DNA of 64,000 nt from Parcubacteria bacterium C7867-007 (GCA_001189195.1 LFCQ01000003.1:141645-205644), one strand, 5' to 3'. Shown: positions 1 to 8,636, counted from the first letter of the stretch. The notes: generated by a model not told the origin, from the letters alone. Made by a program: numbers and translations.

Positions 1-329
1 GCCACACCAAAGTGGTCTGCTGAGACACAAGCAACTTCCAGCCCATTCGAGTTCTCGATGAACTGTTCTGTAATCAAAACCAGAAAAGGTTCCCTTGCCA
101 TCAAGCGTATCTCGCTCGTTAGGCGGCGTATAAGTTCAGGCGCTTGATCAGGCTTGGTTGTGCAATCGAGAATGATTACACGGTAATTGTCGTGGGGAAG
201 CATGCACAAAGCATGGGAAACCCCATCTACCACATTATGCGTGTAACCTCCCTGGATAATCGCACTACGAACGGTTCCCAGGTGTACCGCCTTGTGGATC
301 GGTCCCTGGTGAATTAGAAGAACTTTCAT
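1..329 (-). CDS. CheY-like receiver-domain protein (degenerate; 5' start inside window, 3' end runs off window)
   Basis: Minus-strand ATG at 327-329. Translation MKVLLIHQGPIHK...YRVIILDCTTKPD...FLVLITEQ has the receiver-domain layout (central Asp in ILD, conserved Thr) but lacks the N-terminal acidic pair. Confidence 0.4.
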   Translation of the reverse strand, partial: MKVLLIHQGPIHKAVHLGTVRSAIIQGGYTHNVVDGVSHALCMLPHDNYRVIILDCTTKPDQAPELIRRLTSEIRLMAREPFLVLITEQFIENSNGLEVACVSADHFGV

Positions 330-361
330 ATGCTTCCCCAAAATCTGTTTCTAGGATCTGC

Positions 362-949
362 ATGCAGATAATCACAGAAGCTAGTTTGGGTCAAAAGAGG
401 TATGGCATACTTAGAGAAATGGACGCCATAAACAATATTGGACTTCAAGTGACAGACTTTGCTTCAAGCGGAGCAGCTAATGCCCAAGTATGGGCAGGGA
501 ACTTCCTGGCACTACTAATCCTGTTCGGGATCATGATTGCTTTTTCCTATAAGGCAGGGCGTGGTGGAATTATTTCACTCCTCGTCGCGTTCTATGCAGG
601 ATACGCCATCTACTCACTATTCCCATTCACCTTAGCGATCATTAATGCGGGTGGTACCCCGATCATGAAGGCAGTCATCAGTATTGTGATCTACGGTATT
701 TGTACGTATATTCCATTCCATTTCATACAGCGCCTCACCACAGGTGGCTTCGGGGTGCTTTCCTTCGTGCCCCGTTTCGTTCTTTCATTCCTTGGTGCTG
801 CATTCCTTCTTGCTCTCGGGTATCACGTATTCCATGTGAGCAACATATACACGTTCCCGGAACCACTGAATACTATATTTGGTCCAGATCAGTATTTCTT
901 CTGGTGGTTCATTGCACCCCTCATAGGACTCATCTTTCTCGTTCATTAG
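362..949 (+). CDS. hypothetical multi-pass membrane protein
   Basis: 195-aa ORF with several hydrophobic helices (LALLILFGIMIAF, ISLLVAFYAGYAIYSLF, FFWWFIAPLIGLIFLV). No recognisable catalytic motif. Confidence 0.5.
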   Translation: MQIITEASLGQKRYGILREMDAINNIGLQVTDFASSGAANAQVWAGNFLALLILFGIMIAFSYKAGRGGIISLLVAFYAGYAIYSLFPFTLAIINAGGTPIMKAVISIVIYGICTYIPFHFIQRLTTGGFGVLSFVPRFVLSFLGAAFLLALGYHVFHVSNIYTFPEPLNTIFGPDQYFFWWFIAPLIGLIFLVH

Positions 950-980
950 TACATACTGGCCGTGGTATAGTCGTCCCTAT

Positions 981-2228
981 ATGGACCTTGCTCAGGAACT
1001 CACCGCACGCGGCCTCATTGAACACACTTCAGCGGATCTCTCAGAGATTCTTAAGACCAAGCGTACGGTCTATTTGGGTGTAGATCCAAGCGCTGATTCT
1101 ATGCAGGCTGGGAACCTTGTGGTGGTATTGCTGATGAAGCGCCTTGCCGACGCAGGACACAAGATCATCCTTTTGGTGGGTGGTGGCACTGGTATGATTG
1201 GAGATCCTCGTGAGAAGGGGGAACGCGCACTTGCAGATAAGAAGATCGTCGAGCGAAACAAGAAAGCAATTAAGGCACAGATGCAGCGCATCATTGGCAC
1301 AAAAGTAACACTCGTTGATAACGCAGACTGGCTCTTAAAGATTAAACTTGTGGACTTTCTCCGTGACATTGGCAAGCATTTCACGGTGAACGAACTAATT
1401 AAGCGTGACATTATCAAGCGTCGTCTTGAGAATCCAGACGATAGCATTTCATACACAGAATTTGCATACAGCCTCCTTCAAGGCTATGACTACATGCACC
1501 TGAATCAAAAGTATGGTGCTGACCTACAGATTGGTGCATCGGATCAGTGGACTAACATTCTTTCAGGGGTTGAATTGATTCGACGCAAGCTTGGAAAAGA
1601 AGCGTTTGCGGTATGCACTCCTCTCATCACAGATGCAAACGGAAAGAAGTTCGGAAAGTCCGAGGGTAACGCGGTGTGGCTTGATGCACACAAGACATCT
1701 CCGTATGCCTTCTACCAGTTCTGGCTTAATCAGCCAGATGAGGTAGTGGAGCGATACTTGAAGTCATACACCTTCATGCAGGTGATGGAGATTGATGCAC
1801 TATGCGAGCTCCATCGTCGCAATCCAGGACGTCGTGAGGCACAGAAGATGCTTGCGCATCAGGTGACTGAAATAGTACACGGAAAAGATGCAGCACTCCG
1901 CAGTATTGCCGTGTCAGAGGCGCTGTATGGTGAACGCACACTCAGTACACTTTCTAAAGAGGAACAAGCTATGGTTCTAGAGGAGGCACCAAGCCTTACT
2001 ATCTCAACTGCAGATCTCGCATACGGATACACAATCATTGATGCGCTCACCAACAGCAACCTCGTGTCATCCAAGTCTGAAGCGCGACGTCTTATTGAAT
2101 CTAAAGGGGTAACGTTGAACGATGAAAAGGTTGATTCCGTGGAAGCAACGCTGTCATCGGAAAACTTCCAAAATGGTCTTGCCATGTTAAAGCGTGGCAA
2201 ACAGATCTCAATTCTTTCACTCTCATAG
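981..2228 (+). CDS. tyrS: tyrosyl-tRNA synthetase
   Basis: 415 aa. Class I motifs include the GGTGMIGDP TyrRS signature, a KMSKS-like KFGKS, and a C-terminal S4-like domain. Confidence 0.93.
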   Translation: MDLAQELTARGLIEHTSADLSEILKTKRTVYLGVDPSADSMQAGNLVVVLLMKRLADAGHKIILLVGGGTGMIGDPREKGERALADKKIVERNKKAIKAQMQRIIGTKVTLVDNADWLLKIKLVDFLRDIGKHFTVNELIKRDIIKRRLENPDDSISYTEFAYSLLQGYDYMHLNQKYGADLQIGASDQWTNILSGVELIRRKLGKEAFAVCTPLITDANGKKFGKSEGNAVWLDAHKTSPYAFYQFWLNQPDEVVERYLKSYTFMQVMEIDALCELHRRNPGRREAQKMLAHQVTEIVHGKDAALRSIAVSEALYGERTLSTLSKEEQAMVLEEAPSLTISTADLAYGYTIIDALTNSNLVSSKSEARRLIESKGVTLNDEKVDSVEATLSSENFQNGLAMLKRGKQISILSLS

Positions 2229-2249
2229 TCAGGTTTTCTTTATAAAAAT

Positions 2250-2936
2250 TTGATCATCTCATTATGGCTTATTTGTCATAGTGAGTGCGTGACTGCTCTC
2301 ACACTAACTCAACAATGTTCAGCAATTAAACTCTACCAGGGCGGCATGAGTGCACCGATGATTGCTAAACATTTTTTGGTGAGCACTGATGCAATTTATT
2401 ACACGCTTCGACACCACAACATTCCTCGACGTTCTCCATCAATGAATAGTGCAATTTGGTTTGCTGCAAAACCACTTTCATATGAGCTCAAGAAACATTT
2501 AACCTATTCAGAGGAACAATTAAAACTTGCAGCAATAATGCTGTACTGGGCAGAAGGGTACAAAGTGGGAAAGCAAACCTGCGTTGATTTCACCAATTCT
2601 GACCCAGATATGCTAGTCGTATTTCTGAGATTTCTCAGAGAGATTTGTAGAGTAGACAGCTTGAGAATTCGAGCAGCGATGTATTGTTATGAAGATCAAA
2701 ATGTTATTGCACTAACTCAATTCTGGTCTGAACTGTTGTCTATTCCTGAAAATCAGTTCACGAAGCCGTATGTAAAAAAGCAGGTGGCTCCTGGCCGCCA
2801 GGGGCCACGCATGATCCATGGCCTTGTACATATCCGGTATTGTGATAAAAAGTTACTACGACAGATACTGAATTGGATAGATGAGTATCGTGCCGAATGC
2901 GTCGGTGGTAGAGTGGTCAATTACACGACACTGTAA
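2250..2936 (+). CDS. LAGLIDADG-like homing-endonuclease-type protein with N-terminal HTH; 3' end overlaps tRNA-Tyr
   Basis: 228-aa ORF. The N-terminal HTH-like segment is AIKLYQGGMSAPMIAKHFLVSTDAIYYTLRHHNI. The segment LKLAAIMLYWAEGYKVGKQTCVDFTNSDPDMLVVFLRFLREI resembles a LAGLIDADG motif plus the downstream beta/alpha core of single-motif homing endonucleases. The stop codon TAA at 2934-2936 is the UAA inside the tRNA-Tyr anticodon loop (cUGUAAa). Confidence 0.5.
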   Translation: MIISLWLICHSECVTALTLTQQCSAIKLYQGGMSAPMIAKHFLVSTDAIYYTLRHHNIPRRSPSMNSAIWFAAKPLSYELKKHLTYSEEQLKLAAIMLYWAEGYKVGKQTCVDFTNSDPDMLVVFLRFLREICRVDSLRIRAAMYCYEDQNVIALTQFWSELLSIPENQFTKPYVKKQVAPGRQGPRMIHGLVHIRYCDKKLLRQILNWIDEYRAECVGGRVVNYTTL

Positions 2937-2984
2937 ATGTCGCGGCTTCGGCCTACGAAGGTTCGAATCCTTCCCGGCGCACCA
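2899..2984 (+). tRNA. tRNA-Tyr (anticodon GTA), type II with long variable arm, CCA encoded
   Basis: The cloverleaf folds by hand. Acceptor GCGUCGG pairs with CCGGCGC (one G-U). U8 is present. D-stem GUAG pairs with UUAC, and the D-loop has A14 and GG. Anticodon stem CGACA pairs with UGUCG, and the loop CUGUAAA has U33, anticodon GUA and A37. The variable arm is a GGC-UUCG-GCC hairpin. The T-arm GAAGG-UUCGAAU-CCUUC is identical to the E. coli tRNA-Tyr T-arm. Discriminator A is followed by CCA. Confidence 0.9.
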
Positions 2985-2992
2985 AAGTGTAT

Positions 2993-3034
2993 GAAGAATG
3001 GCAGGCCCTAAAGCTTGCCATTCTTCTGTTTTAT
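2993..3034 (+). terminator. rho-independent terminator after tRNA-Tyr
   Basis: Perfect 11-bp stem gaagaatggca/tgccattcttc with a 12-nt loop, followed by tgttttat. Confidence 0.7.
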
Positions 3035-3106
3035 CCTATTATGTCAATACGGCCCGAGGGGTCGTTTTAAGTTACTTTTTGGGGAGAATACCAGGTGGAA
3101 TCAACT

Positions 3107-3670
3107 ATGAAAGGTCCGGTAACGGAAGCCGGCTATCGGCGGCAGGAGTGCCGTGTGAATACGGCGAAGACTATCCTCAACCGGTGCACCGATGAACTCA
3201 CCGGCGACCGCTGCGGGGAAAACTCCACAGGGGAGGGAAAGGCCATCGACCGCGCTTGCGCGGGCACTGAGCGGGATACCGCTCGGGCGAGATGGGAGGC
3301 TGAAGTGAGAACACTGAACAGCATCTCGATCGCTCAGGAACCCACCGCCAACTGCCACGTGTGCACCGGGCATCCGGTGACCATCAAGTGGATCGATCCA
3401 CCGGCCAAGAAAAAGGTTGGGGAGACCGAAACGGTGATCCTGGGTGGCTTCGGCGAGAGCTGGGACAACGTGGACCACGACGGCACCGTGCTGGGCCCTC
3501 CAACACGGAGCTATAATTCGCCGTTCGGTTCGGCTCTGAAGGGAGCTGCTATGGGCGACGAGCCCTACTTCATGGGTCCTGGCCACAATGGGTCTCGACC
3601 TGTCGAGCTCTGTTTCAAGGTTCTTGCGATCGGCGAAACACGCATCGCCGAGCTGCAGGCTGCAGCGTAA
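3107..3670 (+). CDS. hypothetical protein encoded on a GC-rich (~60%) island
   Basis: ATG at 3107 sits 8 nt downstream of AGGTGG; the upstream GTG at 3095 lies inside the RBS. The frame shows strong GC3 periodicity, unlike the flanking genes. The opposite-strand ORF 3101-3694 is Arg/Ser/Leu-rich antisense noise. The protein has 4 Cys in the first 70 aa and an NCHVCTGHP segment. No family recognised. Confidence 0.5.
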   Translation: MKGPVTEAGYRRQECRVNTAKTILNRCTDELTGDRCGENSTGEGKAIDRACAGTERDTARARWEAEVRTLNSISIAQEPTANCHVCTGHPVTIKWIDPPAKKKVGETETVILGGFGESWDNVDHDGTVLGPPTRSYNSPFGSALKGAAMGDEPYFMGPGHNGSRPVELCFKVLAIGETRIAELQAAA

Positions 3671-3689
3671 GCTGCCTGTCCAGAAGGAC

Positions 3690-3728
3690 AACATATGTGC
3701 GCCGCGGATCGTTGGGGTCCGCGGCGTT
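3690..3728 (+). terminator. rho-independent terminator closing the GC-rich island, 37 nt upstream of trpS
   Basis: 9-bp stem cgccgcgga/tccgcggcg with a 9-nt loop, followed by ttctctttttt. Confidence 0.6.
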
Positions 3729-3764
3729 CTCTTTTTTATATTCAGCCTGTGCTATCGTAGGGTC

Positions 3765-4718
3765 ATGAACGCAGACAAGCTTGTACTCCTCTCCGGCATT
3801 AAGCCAACTGGTGAGATTCATATTGGTAACTATTTTGGTGCTATTAAGCAATTCGTTGAACTCCTTAATGATGATTCTCATCAGGGATTTGTATTTATTG
3901 CGGACTACCACGCACTTAATTTCATACAGGATGCTGCAGAGATGAAGCGCCTTACGCGGAATCTCGCACGCACCTATATCGCTTGCGGCCTTGATCCAGA
4001 GAGGGTTGTTCTCTTTAAACAGTCTGATGTTTCAGCACATACGGAGCTTGCGTGGATCTTCGACACCATAACCACCATGCCATATCTCATGCGTGCACAT
4101 GCATTCAAAGACGCGGAGGCAAAGAACAAGGAGATTGTGGTGGGTACCTTTAACTACCCAATGCTCATGGCAGCAGATATTCTTCTCTATAACGCATCAG
4201 TGGTACCTGTGGGACAAGACCAGAAGCAGCATATTGAATACGCACGTGATACTGCAGAGAAGTTCAATCGTATCTTTGGTGAAACATTCCGTCTTCCGGA
4301 ACCACATATTCTTTTAGACGTTGCAGTGGTACCAGGTATCGATGGACGCAAGATGAGCAAGAGCTACGAGAACACTATCCCGCTGTTTGCATCTCGTGAT
4401 GAGATCACTGAGGCAGTTATGGGCATCGTCACTGACTCTAGTGGTGACCGTCCTGAAAACGTATACGCAATCCATCGCCTTATTAAGACCGACGAAGAAC
4501 TTGCGTCGCTGTATGAAGAACACAAGGGCAAGTACAAAGCACTGAAGGAAGCACTCATCGAGGATCTTGATACATTCATTGCGCCAATGCGCGAGCGATT
4601 TGAAGCACTCACTACAGATGCAGAAATAGATGAGATTCTTCACAAAGGAGGTGCCCTTGCGCGTGAGCGTGCTGAGGCTAAGATGGATGAAGTCCGTCGA
4701 GCAATCGGCGTCCGCTAG
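3765..4718 (+). CDS. trpS: tryptophanyl-tRNA synthetase
   Basis: Start taken at MNADKLVLLSGIKPTGEIHIGNYFGA (HIGH-type motif IHIGN), with KMSKS at KMSKSYEN. The 5' in-frame extension back to 3588 overlaps the upstream terminator and GC-rich gene, so I rejected it. Confidence 0.88.
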   Translation: MNADKLVLLSGIKPTGEIHIGNYFGAIKQFVELLNDDSHQGFVFIADYHALNFIQDAAEMKRLTRNLARTYIACGLDPERVVLFKQSDVSAHTELAWIFDTITTMPYLMRAHAFKDAEAKNKEIVVGTFNYPMLMAADILLYNASVVPVGQDQKQHIEYARDTAEKFNRIFGETFRLPEPHILLDVAVVPGIDGRKMSKSYENTIPLFASRDEITEAVMGIVTDSSGDRPENVYAIHRLIKTDEELASLYEEHKGKYKALKEALIEDLDTFIAPMRERFEALTTDAEIDEILHKGGALARERAEAKMDEVRRAIGVR

Positions 4719-4730
4719 AGGAGGTCTTTC

Positions 4731-4934
4731 GTGCCCCAAGTTACATTCACTGGTGAGAATCACTATGGTCAATTGGCCAGGTGGCGCACGTCGATGGCGA
4801 GCCGTTTCGAAGGCTTTGCCATTCTTGAACACAGGAACAAGGTAGGGACGGTTACGGTCGACTACTTCATCCCTGAAGATTCAGCCACCACAGACACCAC
4901 TTGTCCCTGCTGCGGCAGGGGGCCCGGAGCCTAG
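4731..4934 (+). CDS. small hypothetical protein (67 aa) with Cys-rich C-terminus, GTG start
   Basis: GAGGAGG lies 7 nt upstream of GTG at 4731, directly after the trpS stop. GC3-rich frame. The C-terminus is TTDTTCPCCGRGPGA. The stop codon lies in the loop of a downstream hairpin. Confidence 0.45.
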   Translation: MPQVTFTGENHYGQLARWRTSMASRFEGFAILEHRNKVGTVTVDYFIPEDSATTDTTCPCCGRGPGA

Positions 4935-4955
4935 CGGTTCCGGGTCCTACTTTTA
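4923..4955 (+). terminator. putative rho-independent terminator
   Basis: cccgga-(10 nt loop)-tccggg, followed by tcctacttttac. Confidence 0.45.
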
Positions 4956-4974
4956 CATGCTATTTTAGTGATAT

Positions 4975-6306
4975 ATGGAACGAACGCTCATAGGGGAGCT
5001 TAGCAGCAAAGCAGGCGAAACTATCACTATCAACGGATCAGTGGATGTTCGCCGTGATCAGGGCAAGCTCGTATTCTTCGACTTCCGGGACCGCTCAGGC
5101 ACCGTGCAGGGAGTCGTGCTTCCTGGCAATGAGGTTCTTATGGAGATTGCAAAGACCGTTCGCAACGAATTCATCGTGAGTGTTAGCGGTATCGTTAACA
5201 AGCGCCCTGAGAAGAACATCCAAGCTGATAAACAGAACGGAGACATTGAGCTTGAGATTAAGGAGATCGAGGTACTTTCTTCTGCAGACATACTACCCTT
5301 TGAGCTTGATGCGGAACTCAACCTCGACACCTATCTCGACTATCTTCCACTAACTCTTCGTACTAAGCGGGCTCGCGCTATATTCAAGGTGCAGTCTGAG
5401 ATTGCTCGTTCATACCGCGCATTCCTTAACAGCGAAGGGTTTATTGAATTCCAGGCACCAAAACTTATTGGTGATGATGCAGAGGGAAGTGGAGAAGTGT
5501 TTGAGGTTCCGTACTTCTACGGAAAGACAGCACACCTTGCAACAAGCCCGCAGCTCTATAAGCAGATCATGGTGGGTGCGCTCGAGCGCGTATTCAGCAT
5601 CGGCATCGTATTCCGTGCAGAGAAACACAGTACCGCTCGTCACCTGAACGAATACACATCTATGGATGTGGAAATGGGATACATCACCGATCATCGTGAT
5701 GTGATGAAGATGGAGAACCGTCTCATGCAGTATATTGCTGCCGACCTGCAGAAGAACTGCTCTGCAGAATTCACTCTCCTGGGAGCAGAAGTACCCGTGG
5801 TGCCAGACGAGATTCCTTCTATGAAGTTACGCGCGGCACAGGAACTAATCTTTAAAGAAACAGGGAAGGATAATCGTAACGAACCAGATCTTGAGCCTGA
5901 GGATGAACGTTGGCTTTGTGAATGGTCAAAGAAAGTACATGATTCTGATTTCGTATTCGTAACACACTATCCTGTTTCAAAGCGTCCCATGTACACCACG
6001 GAGGACCAGACTGACCCTGGCTTCACCAATGGGTTTGATCTTCTGTTCCGTGGTGTTGAGATCACTACGGGTGGGCAGCGACGTCATGAGTATCAGAATC
6101 TTATAGACGGTATCAAAATGAAAGGCCTTGATCCTGAGAAGTTCTCGTACTACCTTCAAGCCTTCAAGTACGGTATTCCTCCTCATGGGGGATGGGGAAT
6201 GGGCCTTGAGCGCCTCACCGCAAAGTTCCTTGGTCTTGCAAACGTAAAGGAAGCAACGCTATTCCCTCGTGACATCAACCGTATCGACACGCTTCTTTCA
6301 GACTAA
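4975..6306 (+). CDS. aspS: aspartyl-tRNA synthetase, archaeal/eukaryotic-type class IIb (possibly non-discriminating)
   Basis: 443 aa with an N-terminal OB fold. Motif 2 is FRAEKHSTARHLNEYTSMDVEM and motif 3 is GGWGMGLERL. Its length and motifs fit the short AspRS form rather than the long bacterial form. Confidence 0.82.
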   Translation: MERTLIGELSSKAGETITINGSVDVRRDQGKLVFFDFRDRSGTVQGVVLPGNEVLMEIAKTVRNEFIVSVSGIVNKRPEKNIQADKQNGDIELEIKEIEVLSSADILPFELDAELNLDTYLDYLPLTLRTKRARAIFKVQSEIARSYRAFLNSEGFIEFQAPKLIGDDAEGSGEVFEVPYFYGKTAHLATSPQLYKQIMVGALERVFSIGIVFRAEKHSTARHLNEYTSMDVEMGYITDHRDVMKMENRLMQYIAADLQKNCSAEFTLLGAEVPVVPDEIPSMKLRAAQELIFKETGKDNRNEPDLEPEDERWLCEWSKKVHDSDFVFVTHYPVSKRPMYTTEDQTDPGFTNGFDLLFRGVEITTGGQRRHEYQNLIDGIKMKGLDPEKFSYYLQAFKYGIPPHGGWGMGLERLTAKFLGLANVKEATLFPRDINRIDTLLSD

Positions 6307-6312
6307 CCACTC

Positions 6313-7059
6313 ATGGACACCGTCACCGAACAGGAAGTGCGGACACCATTCACGATACAGACGAGCGGCCATGAAGGTCCACTTGAGCTGATTCTTGAAC
6401 TCATCGAGAAGCGCAAGCTGCAAGTAAATGAACTATCACTTTCACAAGTCACTGACGACTTCATAACCTACGTGCGCACACATGAGGCATTCCCCATGGA
6501 GGACGCTTCGAACTTCATTGGTGTCGCAGCAACACTTCTTCTTATAAAGTCTCGATCTCTTATTCCTGAGATCGAACTCTCAACGGACGAGGAGCAGGAT
6601 GTTGATGATCTTAAGCGTCGCCTAGAGCAATATGAAAAGGCTCGTGAGGCATCACGAGCACTCGCACAATTGTTTGGCAGGAACGTGATGGTATCAGCAG
6701 GGGAGAAGGCGCCCGAAGTGATGTTTGCACCAAGCCGAGATCTCAATCTTGAAACACTACAACAGGCACTCACGACTGCGCTCACCGCTCTTGAAAAGGA
6801 AGAAAGGCTTCCTGAAGTACGGGTAAAACCTACCATCTCACTTGAAGATATGATGGATGACCTTAAGCGTCGTGTTGAACGGGCCATGACCATGTCCTTC
6901 AAAGAGTTCACGGGAGAGAAAACAGAGCGTGTGGAAATGATTGTCTCATTCCTTGCACTCCTTGAGTTGGTCAAGCAGGGGCATGTGGAAACGGAACAAT
7001 TTGGTGCCTTTGGTGATATTCGTATCACTAATACGAGTTCGAACGTGCCACGGTATTAA
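6313..7059 (+). CDS. scpA: segregation and condensation protein A
   Basis: N-terminal ELILELIEKRKLQVNELSLSQVTDDF is the typical ScpA kleisin N-terminus. It is followed directly by scpB. Confidence 0.8.
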   Translation: MDTVTEQEVRTPFTIQTSGHEGPLELILELIEKRKLQVNELSLSQVTDDFITYVRTHEAFPMEDASNFIGVAATLLLIKSRSLIPEIELSTDEEQDVDDLKRRLEQYEKAREASRALAQLFGRNVMVSAGEKAPEVMFAPSRDLNLETLQQALTTALTALEKEERLPEVRVKPTISLEDMMDDLKRRVERAMTMSFKEFTGEKTERVEMIVSFLALLELVKQGHVETEQFGAFGDIRITNTSSNVPRY

Positions 7060-7106
7060 TTTACTTGCCTAGACATTCCCCCAAAATATAGCTTTCCAGA
7101 GACTGT

Positions 7107-7676
7107 ATGGTGCGGTATTCTAAGCACTATATGGCGCTTTCCCCTGCAGCCACTTTGGAGGCCGTACTATTTGCGTCCGGTGAGTCTATGAGCAAAGAAC
7201 GCCTGGCCACCATGCTAGGTGTTACAGGAGACCTACTTGAGGCAGGGCTTGCTGAGCTCGGCAAAACCCTCCATGGGCGTGGATTGGCTCTCATTGATTC
7301 AGGAGCTGAGGTGGAACTACGCACAGCACCCGAAGCAGCAGATATTATTCGCAAACTGCGTGAGAGCGAACTGTCTCGGGATCTTGGGAAAGCTGGTCTA
7401 GAAGCACTTGCACTTATTCTGTACAAGGGGGGTGCAACCCGCAGTGAGGTGGATTGGGTACGTGGAGTTAACTCAACCGCTGCAATTCGATCACTCCTTA
7501 TGCGTGGATTGATTGAACGCAGTGAAGACACAGGAGATCGCCGTCGTGCACGATACACCGCAACGGTGGACGCGCTTGCGCACTTGGGGGTACGCACCAA
7601 GGAAGAACTCCCACACTTTGCAGACATGCAGGCTGCATTTGCTGTACATGAAACTCAAGAAGAGCCGAACGCATGA
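7107..7676 (+). CDS. scpB: segregation and condensation protein B
   Basis: LEAVLFASGESMSKERLATMLGV winged-helix ScpB signature, positioned after scpA. Confidence 0.8.
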   Translation: MVRYSKHYMALSPAATLEAVLFASGESMSKERLATMLGVTGDLLEAGLAELGKTLHGRGLALIDSGAEVELRTAPEAADIIRKLRESELSRDLGKAGLEALALILYKGGATRSEVDWVRGVNSTAAIRSLLMRGLIERSEDTGDRRRARYTATVDALAHLGVRTKEELPHFADMQAAFAVHETQEEPNA

Positions 7677-8635
7677 ACCTGAACGAAACACCATTCTTCG
7701 AGAGACACAAAGATCTCCTTCAGTCGGGGAGTGTATTGCTTGTGGGTACCGTACTACTTACCGGAGCAGCCGTGGCAGCACTATCCTCATTTGAAACAAT
7801 ACCTGAACCAGTACAAACGGCTGCTGCAGTGAATGCACTCCCTGCACCAGATGCCTATGAAAACATGCGTCTCATAGCAGACTCTGCAATCGTCTACGAC
7901 CTCGTAACAGGGGAGGTTTTGTATTCAAAAGATGCAGACCGTTCGCTACCACTTGCCTCAATCACAAAGCTCCTCACGATGTACGCTGCAGCAGGCACGC
8001 TGCAAGATGCGTCACCTGTTTCAATAACCCTTGATGCTCTCGAGGAAGAAGGGGAGAGCGGGTTTATTGAGGGAGAGACCTTTATGTTCAAGGATCTTGC
8101 ACGCCTAACCCTCGTTGCTTCCTCTAACGATGGGGCAGCAGCAATTGCCCATGCCGCTGCCTCTAGCAAGAATACCGATGATGAACAGCTCCTTGCTGAT
8201 GCAGCATCGGTTGCAGGCCTAAGTCACACACGTGCCGCAAATGGAACAGGGCTTGATATTGATACTACTGAAGCCGGTGCGTACGGTTCTGCACGAGATG
8301 TTGCAACTCTTGCAGGCAAACTATTAGCTAAAGCTCCTGCAATTGCCGGCAGTACTGTTGCACGCTCTATTACGGTTCGTTCACAAGATGGAACGGTACA
8401 CACACTACCCAACACCAACCAAGACGTGGTGCAGGTACCTGGCATCCTTCTTTCAAAGACCGGATACACAGACCTCGCAGGAGGCAATCTTGTGGTGGTA
8501 TACGACGCAGGATTTGGTCATCCAATAGCCGTAGTGGTGCTTGGCTCAACACGGAACGGACGTTTTATTGATGTTGAAAGCCTGATTCGTGCTACCGGGG
8601 CGCACTTTGCAGGCGTTAGTGATAGTTATAGATAA
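7673..8635 (+). CDS. D-alanyl-D-alanine carboxypeptidase (S11, PBP5/6-like)
   Basis: SxxK motif in LPLASITKLLT, SxN in VASSNDG and KTG in SKTGYT. Start overlaps the scpB stop (ATGA). Confidence 0.8.
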   Translation: MNLNETPFFERHKDLLQSGSVLLVGTVLLTGAAVAALSSFETIPEPVQTAAAVNALPAPDAYENMRLIADSAIVYDLVTGEVLYSKDADRSLPLASITKLLTMYAAAGTLQDASPVSITLDALEEEGESGFIEGETFMFKDLARLTLVASSNDGAAAIAHAAASSKNTDDEQLLADAASVAGLSHTRAANGTGLDIDTTEAGAYGSARDVATLAGKLLAKAPAIAGSTVARSITVRSQDGTVHTLPNTNQDVVQVPGILLSKTGYTDLAGGNLVVVYDAGFGHPIAVVVLGSTRNGRFIDVESLIRATGAHFAGVSDSYR

Positions 8636-8636
8636 T

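Noticed and set aside
1070-1456. Minus-strand ORF inside tyrS (and similar antisense ORFs 1859-2200, 5058-5330, 6468-7028, 7127-7627, 9715-10077)
   Set aside because: They are fully embedded antisense to well-supported genes, with low-complexity or atypical composition.
2250-2984. A group I intron-containing (split) tRNA with the endonuclease ORF as intron cargo
   Set aside because: The tRNA-Tyr cloverleaf is complete and contiguous at 2899-2984. The 5' acceptor strand GCGUCGG lies inside the ORF 3' end, so there is no intron.
3095-3745. The GC-rich segment might be a structured RNA (RNase P RNA, tmRNA or T-box leader of trpS) because both strands carry long ORFs
   Set aside because: There is no RNase P P4/GGUAAGAGCGCACC motif, no tRNA-like 3' end and no T-box AGGGUGGNACCGCG sequence. 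The plus frame shows clean GC3 codon periodicity with an RBS, whereas the minus ORF 3101-3694 is Arg/Ser/Leu-rich antisense noise.
3588-3764. Long N-terminal extension of trpS predicted by the ORF track
   Set aside because: It overlaps the upstream gene and terminator. The conserved TrpRS N-terminus begins at MNADKLVLL (3765).
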